Shown: piece by piece, positions 10,134 to 19,807 of the stretch
Numbering within the stretch: position 1 is the stretch's first letter
Layout: every line of letters begins with the position of its first letter
Source: Deltaproteobacteria bacterium
Lineage (GTDB): Bacteria > Myxococcota > JACRCW01
Length of the DNA: 64,000 nucleotides
Assembly (NCBI GenBank): GCA_016218805.1
Contig: JACRCW010000109.1
Span: 1 to 64,000 of the forward strand
Reading direction: 5' to 3'
Translations under genes and position numbers: made by a program
The notes under the pieces: model-generated
Seen by the model: only the letters and a program-made list of their open reading frames with translations
What the model was told of the DNA's origin: nothing
The model's database searches: none

Positions 10134-10817
10134 TCAGAACACCAGGGCCGCGTCGGAACCGCCGCCCTCCGGCGTGGACTCGGGCGGCGCCTCCTGGTCC
10201 AGCCCCATGCCCTGGTCCTCCGCCTGCTGGCTGGGCTTGGGCGGGCGCTCTTCCTTCTCCATGGGCGGGTCAATGTCCTGGCGGATGGCGTACCAGCCGC
10301 GCTGGATCATCTTGAAGCCCAGCCACGGCGTGCACGCCACAAAGCTGAAACACATGACCGCGTTGAAGAGACTGAAGAAGCTCTGCTGCACATCGGTGCC
10401 GCGGTTGAACACACCCACGCAGCCGTCCTTGAACCCGCTGGTGAAGAACACGTAGACCGCGGCCATGGCGCCCAGCACCGCCAGCGCCAGGCTGAGCAGG
10501 GCCAGGAAGATGGCCAGCGGCGCCGTGGCAATGAACCACCCTCCGCAGCAGATGAAGCAGCCGCCGCTGAGGTTCTTCACCCACGCATAGCGCCCCCACG
10601 GCACGTAGCCGTCCAGCAGCGCGTCCCACGGGAAGGGCACGTACATGTGCCCCCAGATGACCGCGTCCCACGGGTTGGGTCCGTCCTGGGCGGCCACCGT
10701 GGCCAGCGCCTCCGGCGCGGGGTGCACCAGCGGCGCCGCCGCCGCGGTAGAGGCTGCGTTCAGCACCGCCAGAAAGGCCATCACCGCCAGCAACTCACGA
10801 AGCCCGCCCAGCCGCAT
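10134..10817 (-). CDS. Hypothetical membrane protein
   Basis: Signal-like N-terminus, hydrophobic Cys/Gly-rich segments, acidic tail. Confidence 0.55.
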   Translation of the reverse strand: MRLGGLRELLAVMAFLAVLNAASTAAAAPLVHPAPEALATVAAQDGPNPWDAVIWGHMYVPFPWDALLDGYVPWGRYAWVKNLSGGCFICCGGWFIATAPLAIFLALLSLALAVLGAMAAVYVFFTSGFKDGCVGVFNRGTDVQQSFFSLFNAVMCFSFVACTPWLGFKMIQRGWYAIRQDIDPPMEKEERPPKPSQQAEDQGMGLDQEAPPESTPEGGGSDAALVF

Positions 10818-11004
10818 GCGCGCCTCCCACCTTCCGGATGCGGGCGCACGCTACCGCAAGGCATCCGGGCGAAGCGAACGTGACGTCGGGCACATGGGGA
10901 CCCTCGCTTTCCATTCCGCACGCCCGCGTTGTCGATCAAGGATGTGCGTGGTAGCCCACGTCCAGGCCGCCGGTCCGGCGGTCCCATGAACAAGGGAGAT
11001 GCTC

Positions 11005-12822
11005 ATGAAGCGGTTCCACTGGCGTTTTGCGGTTGCGGGCGGTGCGTTGTGTATGGCGGCGCTGGCCTCCGGCTGTTCCGGCTCCACCACGCCGGAAGAC
11101 GAAGGGTCCTCCTCATCGTCATCGTCATCCGGCGGGGGCGGCTCCAGCGGAACCTCCGCGGGGAGCTCATCCAGCCGCGCTTCTTCGTCCGCCGGCGGGA
11201 GTTCCTCCGCGCTGCACTCCAGCAGCGCCGCCCCGGCCTCATCCGCGCTTGCCTCCTCCTCCGCGCTGGCCGCCTCGTCGTCGGCGCTTCCCTCCTCCTC
11301 CGCGGCGGCATCCTCCTCCGAGTCACCGCCCTCCTCCGCCGGGCCCTCCTCGTCAGCGGGCGGCAGCTCCGGCAGCGTGGCGTCCTCCGCCGCCGGCGGG
11401 TCATCCTCCGCGGGAACGGCGTCCTCCAGCGCGGGCAACAGCAGCTCCGCGCGCACCGCCGGCGAATGGTACCGGGACTTCCGCGCCGCCCTGTGCACCG
11501 CGGAGAACAACTGCGCGGGTACGCGCGGCCGCGAATACAGCTCACTGGCGGCGTGCAACGCCACGCTGGACCTGGAAGAGGCCTACCGCGTGGCCATTGG
11601 CCAGCAGGGCGTGGACGCGTTTGTGAACAGCCACTACGCCGTCCCGGATCCCACCGCGGGGCAGGCGTGCATTGACGCCATCACCGCACTCACCGGGGCC
11701 GCCTGTGACGTCCCCGTCCAGACCCTGACGGAATGCAACGCCGCCATTGATCCGCTCAACGCGGTGGCCCGCGGCAGCCAGTGTGACGCGGACCACCTGT
11801 GTGATGACGACGTTGACGTGTGCAAGCCGCTCACCGCCAGCAACGGCGGCTACCTTGACTGCTCCACGTGCGTGGCGCTCATCTCCAACGGAAACGCCTG
11901 CGCCGGCCATGACGACTGCGCCTCCGGGTACTGCAATCCCGCCACCAACGTCTGCCAGACGGCACCCAGCTCGCAGTCAGGCATTGGCGTGACCTGCGCG
12001 GACGGGAGTGACTGCCTGGGCAACCTCCGCTGCGTGGGCCAGGCGGGCAGCACCACCTGCCAGCCGCGCGGGGCGGTGAACGCCGCGTGCGACGGGCCGC
12101 TGGCCACCAACCGCACCCACGCGCCGTGCCTGGCGGACCTGGACTGCGTCACCGATGCCAACGCCGCGGTGGGGACGTGCCAGGCGCGCCTGGCCAACGG
12201 GCAGACGTGCCGGCGCGACGCGTTCAGCCTGGTCATTGTCCCGCGGGCCGCCCCCCTCCCGGACGACGTCTTCCTGGTCCAGACCGCCGCGACGTGCATG
12301 AACTTCTGCAACTACGCCGCGCGTGACTCCGCCACCGGCACGTGCGGGACGCGGACCACCATGCCCGTGGACTCCGAACCCTGCACGGGGCTGGCGTCGT
12401 TCGCGCCCATGGCGTGCGGGAGCTACACGGACGCCTACGCCGTGCCCGGCCTGGCCACCAGTCCGCTGGTTGTCAACGGCAACACCTACACCAAGGTTGC
12501 CCTCACCAGCTGTGAGTGCTCCACCAAGTCCGCCACCGGCGCCTGCCTGGATGACGGCCACTGCAAGGCGGCGCAATGCAACAACGCGGCCTTCCCCGCC
12601 AATGGCACCGTCACGCTGGGCACGTGCGAGCCGCTGTCCACCAGGAACACCGCGTGCAACGAGGATACGGACTGCACCACGGGGCTGTGCACCGCCAGCC
12701 TGTGTGCGGACCCGTTGGCCAACGGCCAGGCGTGCCGGCGGGACAGCAACTGCGCCAGCGGCTACTGCGCGGTGGATGACGTGGCGCCCACGTGCAAGGA
12801 CCTGCTGATCTGCCCGCCGTGA
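11005..12822 (+). CDS. Cys-rich lipoprotein with Ser-rich stalk (Dickkopf-like CxxxxxCxSGxC repeats)
   Basis: Lipobox LASGC; ~115-aa Ser/Ala linker; repeated CAGHDDCASGYC / CRRDSNCASGYC. Confidence 0.8.
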   Translation: MKRFHWRFAVAGGALCMAALASGCSGSTTPEDEGSSSSSSSSGGGGSSGTSAGSSSSRASSSAGGSSSALHSSSAAPASSALASSSALAASSSALPSSSAAASSSESPPSSAGPSSSAGGSSGSVASSAAGGSSSAGTASSSAGNSSSARTAGEWYRDFRAALCTAENNCAGTRGREYSSLAACNATLDLEEAYRVAIGQQGVDAFVNSHYAVPDPTAGQACIDAITALTGAACDVPVQTLTECNAAIDPLNAVARGSQCDADHLCDDDVDVCKPLTASNGGYLDCSTCVALISNGNACAGHDDCASGYCNPATNVCQTAPSSQSGIGVTCADGSDCLGNLRCVGQAGSTTCQPRGAVNAACDGPLATNRTHAPCLADLDCVTDANAAVGTCQARLANGQTCRRDAFSLVIVPRAAPLPDDVFLVQTAATCMNFCNYAARDSATGTCGTRTTMPVDSEPCTGLASFAPMACGSYTDAYAVPGLATSPLVVNGNTYTKVALTSCECSTKSATGACLDDGHCKAAQCNNAAFPANGTVTLGTCEPLSTRNTACNEDTDCTTGLCTASLCADPLANGQACRRDSNCASGYCAVDDVAPTCKDLLICPP

Positions 12823-12836
12823 CCGGGAGGATGAGG

Positions 12837-13652
12837 TCAACCCGCGCGCGCCGCCCGCCATGACGTGAGCCACAGGTAGGGCGGCGCAAACGGCACCACG
12901 AACACCGCCAGCCAGCCCGCGCCATCGGTGGCGCCGGCCCAGGCCACCAACACAAAGAACAGCGCGGCGGCCAGCGCACGCGGGCCCATGATTGCCAGGG
13001 GAACCGCACCCCGGTGACGACGGAGAAACAGCGTGGCCACCAGGGCGGCCGCCGCGGAGACCCACGGCAGGACCCAACCGGCCACCGGGGCACGCAGGCC
13101 CCAGCGCAGCCCGCCCCACCACGCGGCCAGCAGCACCACGTGCGTGCCGGCGGCCGGCGCCAACAGGCGCGCCCACGCCGGCCAACCCCGGTCCAACGCC
13201 GCGCACGCCAGCCCCGCGTAGGCTGACCAGCCCACCAGGCCAATCACGGGCACGCCAAACACCGCGCCCTCCTCCCACGCCCACAACCCGCACCGCACGC
13301 TCACCGCTTCCACCAGCGTGGCGTCCGCCAACACCAGCAGCGCCACCCCCAGCGCGCGCCGCCCGGGGTGTTGCGTGAGCCGCGCCACCACCTGCCGTGC
13401 GGACAACACCACCGCCGGCCAGATGCAGCCCACCATGACGGGCACCGCTACGGCCTTCACGCTCCACGCCGGGCTGTACGCGTAGAAACGATAGAACGCG
13501 ATGCACGTCTCCTCGCCCAGGACCGCGCCGAGGCCGATGACCAGCGCGTCGCGCAGCATGGGCCCGCGTGCGGCGCGCGGCTGCGCCAACACAAACGCCG
13601 CCAGGATGGGCACGCTCAGCGCCTCCACCACGCTGACCACGTTCAACCCCAT
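12837..13652 (-). CDS. Integral membrane protein, CruF/DUF422 (carotenoid biosynthesis)-like
   Basis: Multi-TM; E..C...Y..Y.Y, VP....IW, D...E.V....GLW.W and FGVP....GW pattern resembles the DUF422 family. Confidence 0.55.
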   Translation of the reverse strand: MGLNVVSVVEALSVPILAAFVLAQPRAARGPMLRDALVIGLGAVLGEETCIAFYRFYAYSPAWSVKAVAVPVMVGCIWPAVVLSARQVVARLTQHPGRRALGVALLVLADATLVEAVSVRCGLWAWEEGAVFGVPVIGLVGWSAYAGLACAALDRGWPAWARLLAPAAGTHVVLLAAWWGGLRWGLRAPVAGWVLPWVSAAAALVATLFLRRHRGAVPLAIMGPRALAAALFFVLVAWAGATDGAGWLAVFVVPFAPPYLWLTSWRAARAG

Positions 13653-13700
13653 GCGGCCCTCCGTTGACGCGCGGCCGGCGCGTGCGTGAGCCTGCCGTGC

Positions 13701-14594
13701 ATGACGCCCTCCACGTCGGCGTGGGCCGTGTTCCAGATGGTGACGCGTCCGCACATCCTGGCCATCGCGGGATTTGCCTCGCTGGTGTTCGGGTGGCTGT
13801 TTGACGGGGCCTTCCATCCCCTGTTCCCCGCGCTTGTCGCCGCGGACTGGTTCGTCGTCAACCTCCTCAACCGCGTGGTGGACCTGCCTGAAGACGCCCG
13901 CAACGGTGTGCCCGGCACGGCCTTCCTCGCCCGCCACGGCACCGCCGTCACCGTCGCCACGTGCGCGTTCTTTGCCGCGGTGCTGGCGGTGGGCCACCTG
14001 TTGCTGCCCGCAGCCACACCGCTGCGCGTGGCCTTCCACGTCATTGGCTTTGCGTACAACTACCGCGTCATCCCGTGGCCCGGCGGGCGCACCCGCTTCA
14101 AACAGATGTACGCGCTCAAGAACACATCCAGCGCGCTGCTGTTTGTGCTGTCCGTGATCCTGCTCCCGCTGTACGGCAGCGGCCACGCGGAGGACGCGCT
14201 CGCCTGGGAGCGCGCAGGCTGGCTCATTGCGTTCTTCTTCCCGCTGGAGCTGACCTATGAGGTCCTCTACGACCTGCGGGACGTCGACGGGGACCGCGCA
14301 GAGCGCATTCCCACCTTTCCCGTGGTGCACGGCGAGCGCTGGGCCTACGCCGTGTGCTTCCTCGCCGTCACCTGGAGCATGCTGGTGCCTGTCGTTGGTC
14401 ACCTTGCCGGCCCGCTGCGCCTGCGCGAGGCCGTGCTTGCCGCGGGCGCGCTGCAGCAATTCATGGTGTTCCTGTGGATCCGCCGCGTAGGTCCCACCGG
14501 GCCGCGCGTGGTCAACGTCACCTACCTGGGGGCCAGCCAACTCGCGTCGTATTGCGCCTGGGTCGCGGTTGGGCTGCCGGTGTTTGATGCGTAA
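13701..14594 (+). CDS. UbiA-family prenyltransferase
   Basis: Asp-rich motifs NRVVDLPEDARN and YDLRDVDGDRAERIPTFPV; multi-TM. Confidence 0.85.
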   Translation: MTPSTSAWAVFQMVTRPHILAIAGFASLVFGWLFDGAFHPLFPALVAADWFVVNLLNRVVDLPEDARNGVPGTAFLARHGTAVTVATCAFFAAVLAVGHLLLPAATPLRVAFHVIGFAYNYRVIPWPGGRTRFKQMYALKNTSSALLFVLSVILLPLYGSGHAEDALAWERAGWLIAFFFPLELTYEVLYDLRDVDGDRAERIPTFPVVHGERWAYAVCFLAVTWSMLVPVVGHLAGPLRLREAVLAAGALQQFMVFLWIRRVGPTGPRVVNVTYLGASQLASYCAWVAVGLPVFDA

Positions 14595-14722
14595 CCGCGC
14601 GTAAGAACGCCAAATCACGCCCGCCGGCTCCCGGCTGACGGAACGTCATGGCCCATCCGCCGTCAGGCCCATTCCCTGCGCCCGCGGATCGGCGTACAAG
14701 GTCCCTCCACCGGGGGCGGTGC

Positions 14723-15088
14723 ATGCGAATCCTTCTGGCAGATGACGAGCCGCAGGTGCTCGAACTGGTCACGGAGATCCTGGAATCCGCGGGCCACGCC
14801 GTGTGCACCGCCACGGACGGCAACACCGCGCTGCAGGCGCTGCTGACCCGCGGTGACGTGGATGCGCTGGTGACCGACTACGAGATGCCGCACCTCACCG
14901 GCGGAGACCTGGCGCGGGTGTTCCGCGCGCAGCACCCGGATGCGCCCATCTGCATGATCTCCGGTGACGTGGCGCTGGCCCCGCAGCTGGCCCCGGAGCT
15001 GGACGCGCTGGGGATCACGTTTGTGTCCAAGCCGTTTTCGCAGGTGGCGCTGCTGGGGGCCCTGGGAGCGCGCTCAGCCCGGCAGTGA
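14723..15088 (+). CDS. Single-domain response regulator (receiver)
   Basis: MRILLADDE...LVTDYEMP...MISG...SKPF. Confidence 0.9.
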   Translation: MRILLADDEPQVLELVTEILESAGHAVCTATDGNTALQALLTRGDVDALVTDYEMPHLTGGDLARVFRAQHPDAPICMISGDVALAPQLAPELDALGITFVSKPFSQVALLGALGARSARQ

Positions 15089-17755
15089 CGGCGGCGCCTT
15101 CCAGCCCAGCAGGCGCAAGCCGTTGGCCACCACCAGCAGCGTGCTGCCTTCATGCAGCACCACCGCTTCGGCAATGCGCACCCAGCCAAAGATGGACGCC
15201 GTCACCAGCACCGCGCTCACTCCCAGCGAGATGACCAGGTTCTGCCGGATGGCCCGGGTGGCGGCCCGCGCCAGGGCCACGGCAAACGGGAGCTTGCGCA
15301 GGTCATCCGCCATCAGCACCACGTCCGCGGTCTCCAGCGCCACGTCGCTGCCGGCACCGCCCATGGCCACTCCCACGCTGGCGCTGGCCAGTGCGGGCGC
15401 ATCGTTGACGCCGTCACCCACCATGGCCACGCCGCCGTGGCGCGTGAGTTCGCGCAGCGCGCGCACCTTGCCCTCGGGCATCAGCGGCGCACGGGGCTCA
15501 TTGATGCCCAGCTGCGCCGCCACCGCTTTGGCCACGCGGATGTTGTCACCGGACAGCATCACGGTCTTCTCAATGCCCAGCGCATAGAGCGCCTTGAGCG
15601 TCTCGCGCGCCTCCGGGCGCGCGGTGTCCGCCACGCCCATCACGCCCAGGAACTGCCCGCCGTGGCGCACCAGCATGGTGGTCTGCCCCTGGTCCTGGCA
15701 CGCGCCCACCTTGGCCTTGAGGGCCTCAGGCACCTCGTCCGCTGCGAACATGTCCAGGCTGCCCACCGCCACCTGCTGCCCGTCCACGTGGGCGTGGATG
15801 CCCTTGCCGTGCAGCACTTCCGCGTTGGTGGCGGGCGCCGGCTCCACGCCCCGCTCCCTGGCGCCCAGGACCACCGCGTGCGCAATGGGATGGCTGGACA
15901 GCGCCTCGGCGCCGGCGGCTGCGCGCAGCAGGTCCTTCTCGGAAACACCGTCCGCCACGTGCAGCGCCACCAGCCGCGGCTTGCCCACCGTGAGCGTGCC
16001 CGTCTTGTCAAACGCGATTGCGCGGACCTTGCCCAGCGCTTCCAGGTGCGCGCCGCCCTTCATCAACACGCCGCCGCGCGCGGCGCGGGCCACGGCGGAC
16101 AACACCGCGGAGGGCGTGGAGATGGCCAGCGCGCACGGGCTGGCGGCCACCAGCAGGGACACGGCGCGCAGCATGGCCTGCTGCCACGGCGTGCCCATGT
16201 AATACAGCGCAATGCCCAGCGCCGGCGCCGCCACCAGGATGATGGGCACAAACGCCTTCTCCAGCCGCGCGGTGAAGCGCTGCGTGGGGCTCTTCTGCGC
16301 CTCCGCTTCGGACACCATGTCGATCACGCGCGCCAGCGCGCTCTCGCTGGACAGTCTGCTCACCTCCACGTCCAGCGCGCGGTCCGTGTTGATGGACCCG
16401 GCGAACACCTCGTCTCCCGGCCCCTTGGCCACCGGCACGGATTCGCCCGTGAGCGCGACCTGGTCCAGGCTGGACTGGCCCGCGCGGATGACCCCGTCCA
16501 GCGGCACGCGGTCACCCGGCCGGACAATGATGACGTCACCGCGGCGCACCTGCGCGGTGTCCAGTTCCACCACGGTGTCCCCGCGCTTCACGCGTGCCTT
16601 CTCCGGCCGCAGCTTGCTCAGCGCCTCAATGGCCTGGCGCGCGCGGTCCATGGCGCGGTGTTCCAGCGCGTGGCCCATGCTGAACAGGAACAGCAGGAAC
16701 GCGCCCTCAAACCACGCGCCCAGCACGCCCGCGCCAATGGCGGCCAGGATCATCAGCGTCTCAATGTCAAACCGCAGCTGCCGCACGCTGTTGATGGCGT
16801 TCTGCGCGGCGAAGACGCCGCCGGTGGCCAGCCCCAGCGCGTACAGCGGCGTGGTGAACGTGGCGGGCGCCCAGCCCATCTTCTCCAGCACCAGGCCCAC
16901 GGCCAGGAACACGCCGGAGGCAATGGACAGCGGCATGGCCAGGCGCGGGGCCAGCCCGCCCGCACCGCCGTGGAAGCTGCACGCGTGTCCGGCCTGGATT
17001 TCCTCCAGGTCGTACCCCAGCGCACGCAGGCGCTTCTCCACGTCGCCTTCGGTCACGCGCTCCGTGTCGTATTCAATCACCAGGCGCTCGGCGGCATAGG
17101 CCACGTTGGCGGACAACACGCCGGGAAGGCGGTTGAGCGAGTGCTCAATGACGGTGGCGCACTGCGCACTGGCCATCCCGCGGACAAACCAGGTGCGGTG
17201 CAGGTACTGCTTGGCCACGCGCGCACCGGTCTCGCGCACGCGTGCCACCAGCGCGTCCCGCTGCACCACCGCGTCGTCGTAATGGACGCAGACCTGGGGG
17301 AAGCCCTGGTCCCGGCGAAGGTGCGCGTCCACCACGCCGGGTTGCGCCTCCAGCATCCGCTCCAGCTGTTCAAACCGCCCCACCTCGTCGGTCTCCTGCG
17401 GCAGCAGGTGCGCCAGGTCCAACTGGAGGGCGGCGCCGCCGCTCTCCGCCGCCAGGAACGTCGGTGGCTTCTCGGGCGGTGGTCCGTGATCGTGGCCGTG
17501 CTCGTGACTGTGCGCGTGGTCGTGCCCGCCGTGCTGCTCCTCCGCGTGCGCCGGCTCGTGCCCGCAGCCCGCGCCGTGCACATGCCCGCCGTTGGTGTGC
17601 TCCTCCTCGTGCGCGTGCTCGTGCTCGCAGGACGCGTCATGGACGTGGCCGCCGGCCGCGCCCCGGCCCATCATCATGCCCCCCGGACGCCGGCTGCCCA
17701 CCGAGACCCGGACGATTCCCTCACCACCCTCGTCCTTCTTCTCGTTGTCACCCAT
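15074..17755 (-). CDS. czcP: Heavy-metal P1B-4-type ATPase (CzcP-like) with His-rich N-terminus
   Basis: TGES, SPC (AASPCALAISTP), DKTGT, HP, GDGVND, HEGST; two HMA-like domains and a His-rich leader as in CzcP-type pumps. Confidence 0.88.
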   Translation of the reverse strand: MGDNEKKDEGGEGIVRVSVGSRRPGGMMMGRGAAGGHVHDASCEHEHAHEEEHTNGGHVHGAGCGHEPAHAEEQHGGHDHAHSHEHGHDHGPPPEKPPTFLAAESGGAALQLDLAHLLPQETDEVGRFEQLERMLEAQPGVVDAHLRRDQGFPQVCVHYDDAVVQRDALVARVRETGARVAKQYLHRTWFVRGMASAQCATVIEHSLNRLPGVLSANVAYAAERLVIEYDTERVTEGDVEKRLRALGYDLEEIQAGHACSFHGGAGGLAPRLAMPLSIASGVFLAVGLVLEKMGWAPATFTTPLYALGLATGGVFAAQNAINSVRQLRFDIETLMILAAIGAGVLGAWFEGAFLLFLFSMGHALEHRAMDRARQAIEALSKLRPEKARVKRGDTVVELDTAQVRRGDVIIVRPGDRVPLDGVIRAGQSSLDQVALTGESVPVAKGPGDEVFAGSINTDRALDVEVSRLSSESALARVIDMVSEAEAQKSPTQRFTARLEKAFVPIILVAAPALGIALYYMGTPWQQAMLRAVSLLVAASPCALAISTPSAVLSAVARAARGGVLMKGGAHLEALGKVRAIAFDKTGTLTVGKPRLVALHVADGVSEKDLLRAAAGAEALSSHPIAHAVVLGARERGVEPAPATNAEVLHGKGIHAHVDGQQVAVGSLDMFAADEVPEALKAKVGACQDQGQTTMLVRHGGQFLGVMGVADTARPEARETLKALYALGIEKTVMLSGDNIRVAKAVAAQLGINEPRAPLMPEGKVRALRELTRHGGVAMVGDGVNDAPALASASVGVAMGGAGSDVALETADVVLMADDLRKLPFAVALARAATRAIRQNLVISLGVSAVLVTASIFGWVRIAEAVVLHEGSTLLVVANGLRLLGWKAPPSLPG

Positions 17756-17770
17756 GGCGTCCTCCTGCGG

Positions 17771-18751
17771 TCAGTGGCGGTGTTTCCCGCGGTGTCCCCC
17801 GCCCGCGGGCTCGGGCGCCGGCGCCGCGGGGGCTCCACCGTGATCATCATCGTCGTCGTCGTCGTGGTCGCCGTGTTCGGGCAGCGGCTGCGTGAACTTC
17901 TGGCCGGCCACTTCCAGCGTGAACGCCTTGCAGCCCTCCGGCACCGTGAACTCCAGCACGGCGGGCAGCCGCGCTTCATACACCTTCAGGACCTTGCCTT
18001 TGTCGTCGTACACCGTGCCGCCGGCGGCCACCGTCATGGTCCCGTCCACCAGCACCGCCACCAGTTCCGCCATCTCTTCCATGCGGTCCACGTGGCGGTG
18101 GCACCACAGGTGGCCCACGCCGGGGTACGCGTCGTGGGCAATCTCCTCCAGCACCTCTTCGTCCACCTGCGCGCCCACGCCCACCAGCACAAAGTTCAAC
18201 CGCGGCAACCGCCCCGCGGAGATCTCCTTGGCCACCTGGATGGCGTACGCCTTGACGTCCGCCACGTCGTGGATGTCGCTGTCCGTGATGATGACCGCCA
18301 GCCCGCGGCGTGCGCCCGCCTGCACCTGCTCCCGGATGTATGCCACGTAATCGCGCAGCACCGGGAGCATGATGGTGCCCTTGCCGTAGAAGCGCGGGCC
18401 CGGGAACTTGTAGGTGCGGGCTTCGGGGCCGGTGAGTTCGCCCACCATCTCCAGCTGGCTGCCGTCCCCGGTGGCCCAGTACGCGGTGCGCAGTTTTCCG
18501 TCGCGGTCCTTGCTGGCCAGGTACTCCAGCATCCAGTGCATCTGCGGTTCCACGTTGTTCCGCACCGGTCCCAGCTTGGCCAGGATGCCGCGGGGACCGT
18601 ACTCCGGCTCCATGGAGGCGCTGCCATCCATGTACAGCGCCACGTCCAGCCCCTCCACCGTGGGGTCGTGCAGCAGGGTGGCCGTGACCGCGCCGCCCCT
18701 GTTGTGCACGTCGGAGAACGGCTTCACCACCTGCTCGTGCTTGCCCGCCAT
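17771..18751 (-). CDS. vWA-domain protein (vWA-TerF-like) with His/Asp-rich tail, paralogue 1
   Basis: MIDAS DGSAS, IITDS, FVLVGVG; tail HGDHDDDDDDDHGG...HRGKHRH. Confidence 0.8.
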   Translation of the reverse strand: MAGKHEQVVKPFSDVHNRGGAVTATLLHDPTVEGLDVALYMDGSASMEPEYGPRGILAKLGPVRNNVEPQMHWMLEYLASKDRDGKLRTAYWATGDGSQLEMVGELTGPEARTYKFPGPRFYGKGTIMLPVLRDYVAYIREQVQAGARRGLAVIITDSDIHDVADVKAYAIQVAKEISAGRLPRLNFVLVGVGAQVDEEVLEEIAHDAYPGVGHLWCHRHVDRMEEMAELVAVLVDGTMTVAAGGTVYDDKGKVLKVYEARLPAVLEFTVPEGCKAFTLEVAGQKFTQPLPEHGDHDDDDDDDHGGAPAAPAPEPAGGGHRGKHRH

Positions 18752-18767
18752 GGCGTCACCTCGTCAC

Positions 18768-19724
18768 TCAGTGGTGATCGTCGTCGTCATCGTCGTCGTG
18801 GTCCTCTTCGCCGGGCAGCGGCTGCGTGTAGCGCTGGCCGCCCACCTCCAGCGTGAAGCTCTTGGCGCCCTCGGGCACGCTGAACTCCAGCACGGCGGGC
18901 AGGCGCCCCTCGTAGATCTTCACCACCTTGCCCTTGTCGTCGAACACCGTGCCGCCGGCGGCCACCGTCATGGTCTCGTCCACCAGCACCGCCACCAGTT
19001 CCGCCACCTGCTTGATTTCCGCCGCAATGCGGTGACACCACAGGTGCCCCACGCCCTTGTACTCTTCGTGGCAGATGTCCTCGAGCTGCTTCTCGTCGAC
19101 TCCGTCGCCCACGCCCACCAGGATGAAGTTGATGCGCGGCAGCTGCCCGCGCGCCATCTGGCCGGCCAGTTCCTTGGAATACGCCTTCACCTCGTCCGCG
19201 TCGTGAATCTGCCCGTCGGTGACAATGACGGCGCAACCGCGGCGCGCGCCCTGCGCCACCTGCTGCTTGAAGTACCCCACGTAGTCCTTGAGCGCGGGGG
19301 TGAGGACGGTGCGGTTCCCCATGCGCTTGGGCCCGGGGACCTTGTAGCCCTTGACGTCCACGCCCTTGAGTTCGCCAATGACCTCCACATCGCGGCCGCT
19401 GCCGCATGCCCAGTAGGCCACGCGCAGCAGGCCGTTGCGGTCCTTGGTGGCCAGGTACTCCAGCATCCACTGCACCTGCGGTTCCACCTGGTTGGGCAGG
19501 ACCTCCTCGGTGCGCGGCTTGCCAAACAGCCACCCGATGATCCCGCCGCCGCTGACCTTCTTCTTGTTCTCGTACTCCTCCTGCATGCTGCCGCTGCCAT
19601 CCATGTAGATGGCCATGTCCAGGCCCTCCACCGTGGGGTCGTGCAGCAGGGTGGCCTTCACCACGCCGTGCTCCACGTGCAGATCAGAGAACGGTTCCAC
19701 CGGGCGTTCATGGTCGTGGGACAT
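18768..19724 (-). CDS. vWA-domain protein (vWA-TerF-like) with His/Asp-rich tail, paralogue 2
   Basis: MIDAS DGSGS, IVTDG, FILVGVG; tail EEDHDDDDDDDHH; GGAGG RBS. Confidence 0.8.
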   Translation of the reverse strand: MSHDHERPVEPFSDLHVEHGVVKATLLHDPTVEGLDMAIYMDGSGSMQEEYENKKKVSGGGIIGWLFGKPRTEEVLPNQVEPQVQWMLEYLATKDRNGLLRVAYWACGSGRDVEVIGELKGVDVKGYKVPGPKRMGNRTVLTPALKDYVGYFKQQVAQGARRGCAVIVTDGQIHDADEVKAYSKELAGQMARGQLPRINFILVGVGDGVDEKQLEDICHEEYKGVGHLWCHRIAAEIKQVAELVAVLVDETMTVAAGGTVFDDKGKVVKIYEGRLPAVLEFSVPEGAKSFTLEVGGQRYTQPLPGEEDHDDDDDDDHH

Positions 19725-19807
19725 GCGGTCCCCTCCGCGTGCTGGGCGCCCGCCGCGGGCGCGCGGGCGTTCTACACCGGTGCCCGGGGCACGCACACGG
19801 CCCCCAC

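Noticed and set aside
15152..18856. 1234-aa plus-strand ORF and similar long shadow ORFs (e.g. 1090-2985, 8872-10455, 37286-39016)
   Set aside because: Antisense to well-supported genes; expected artefact of high GC3 codon usage.
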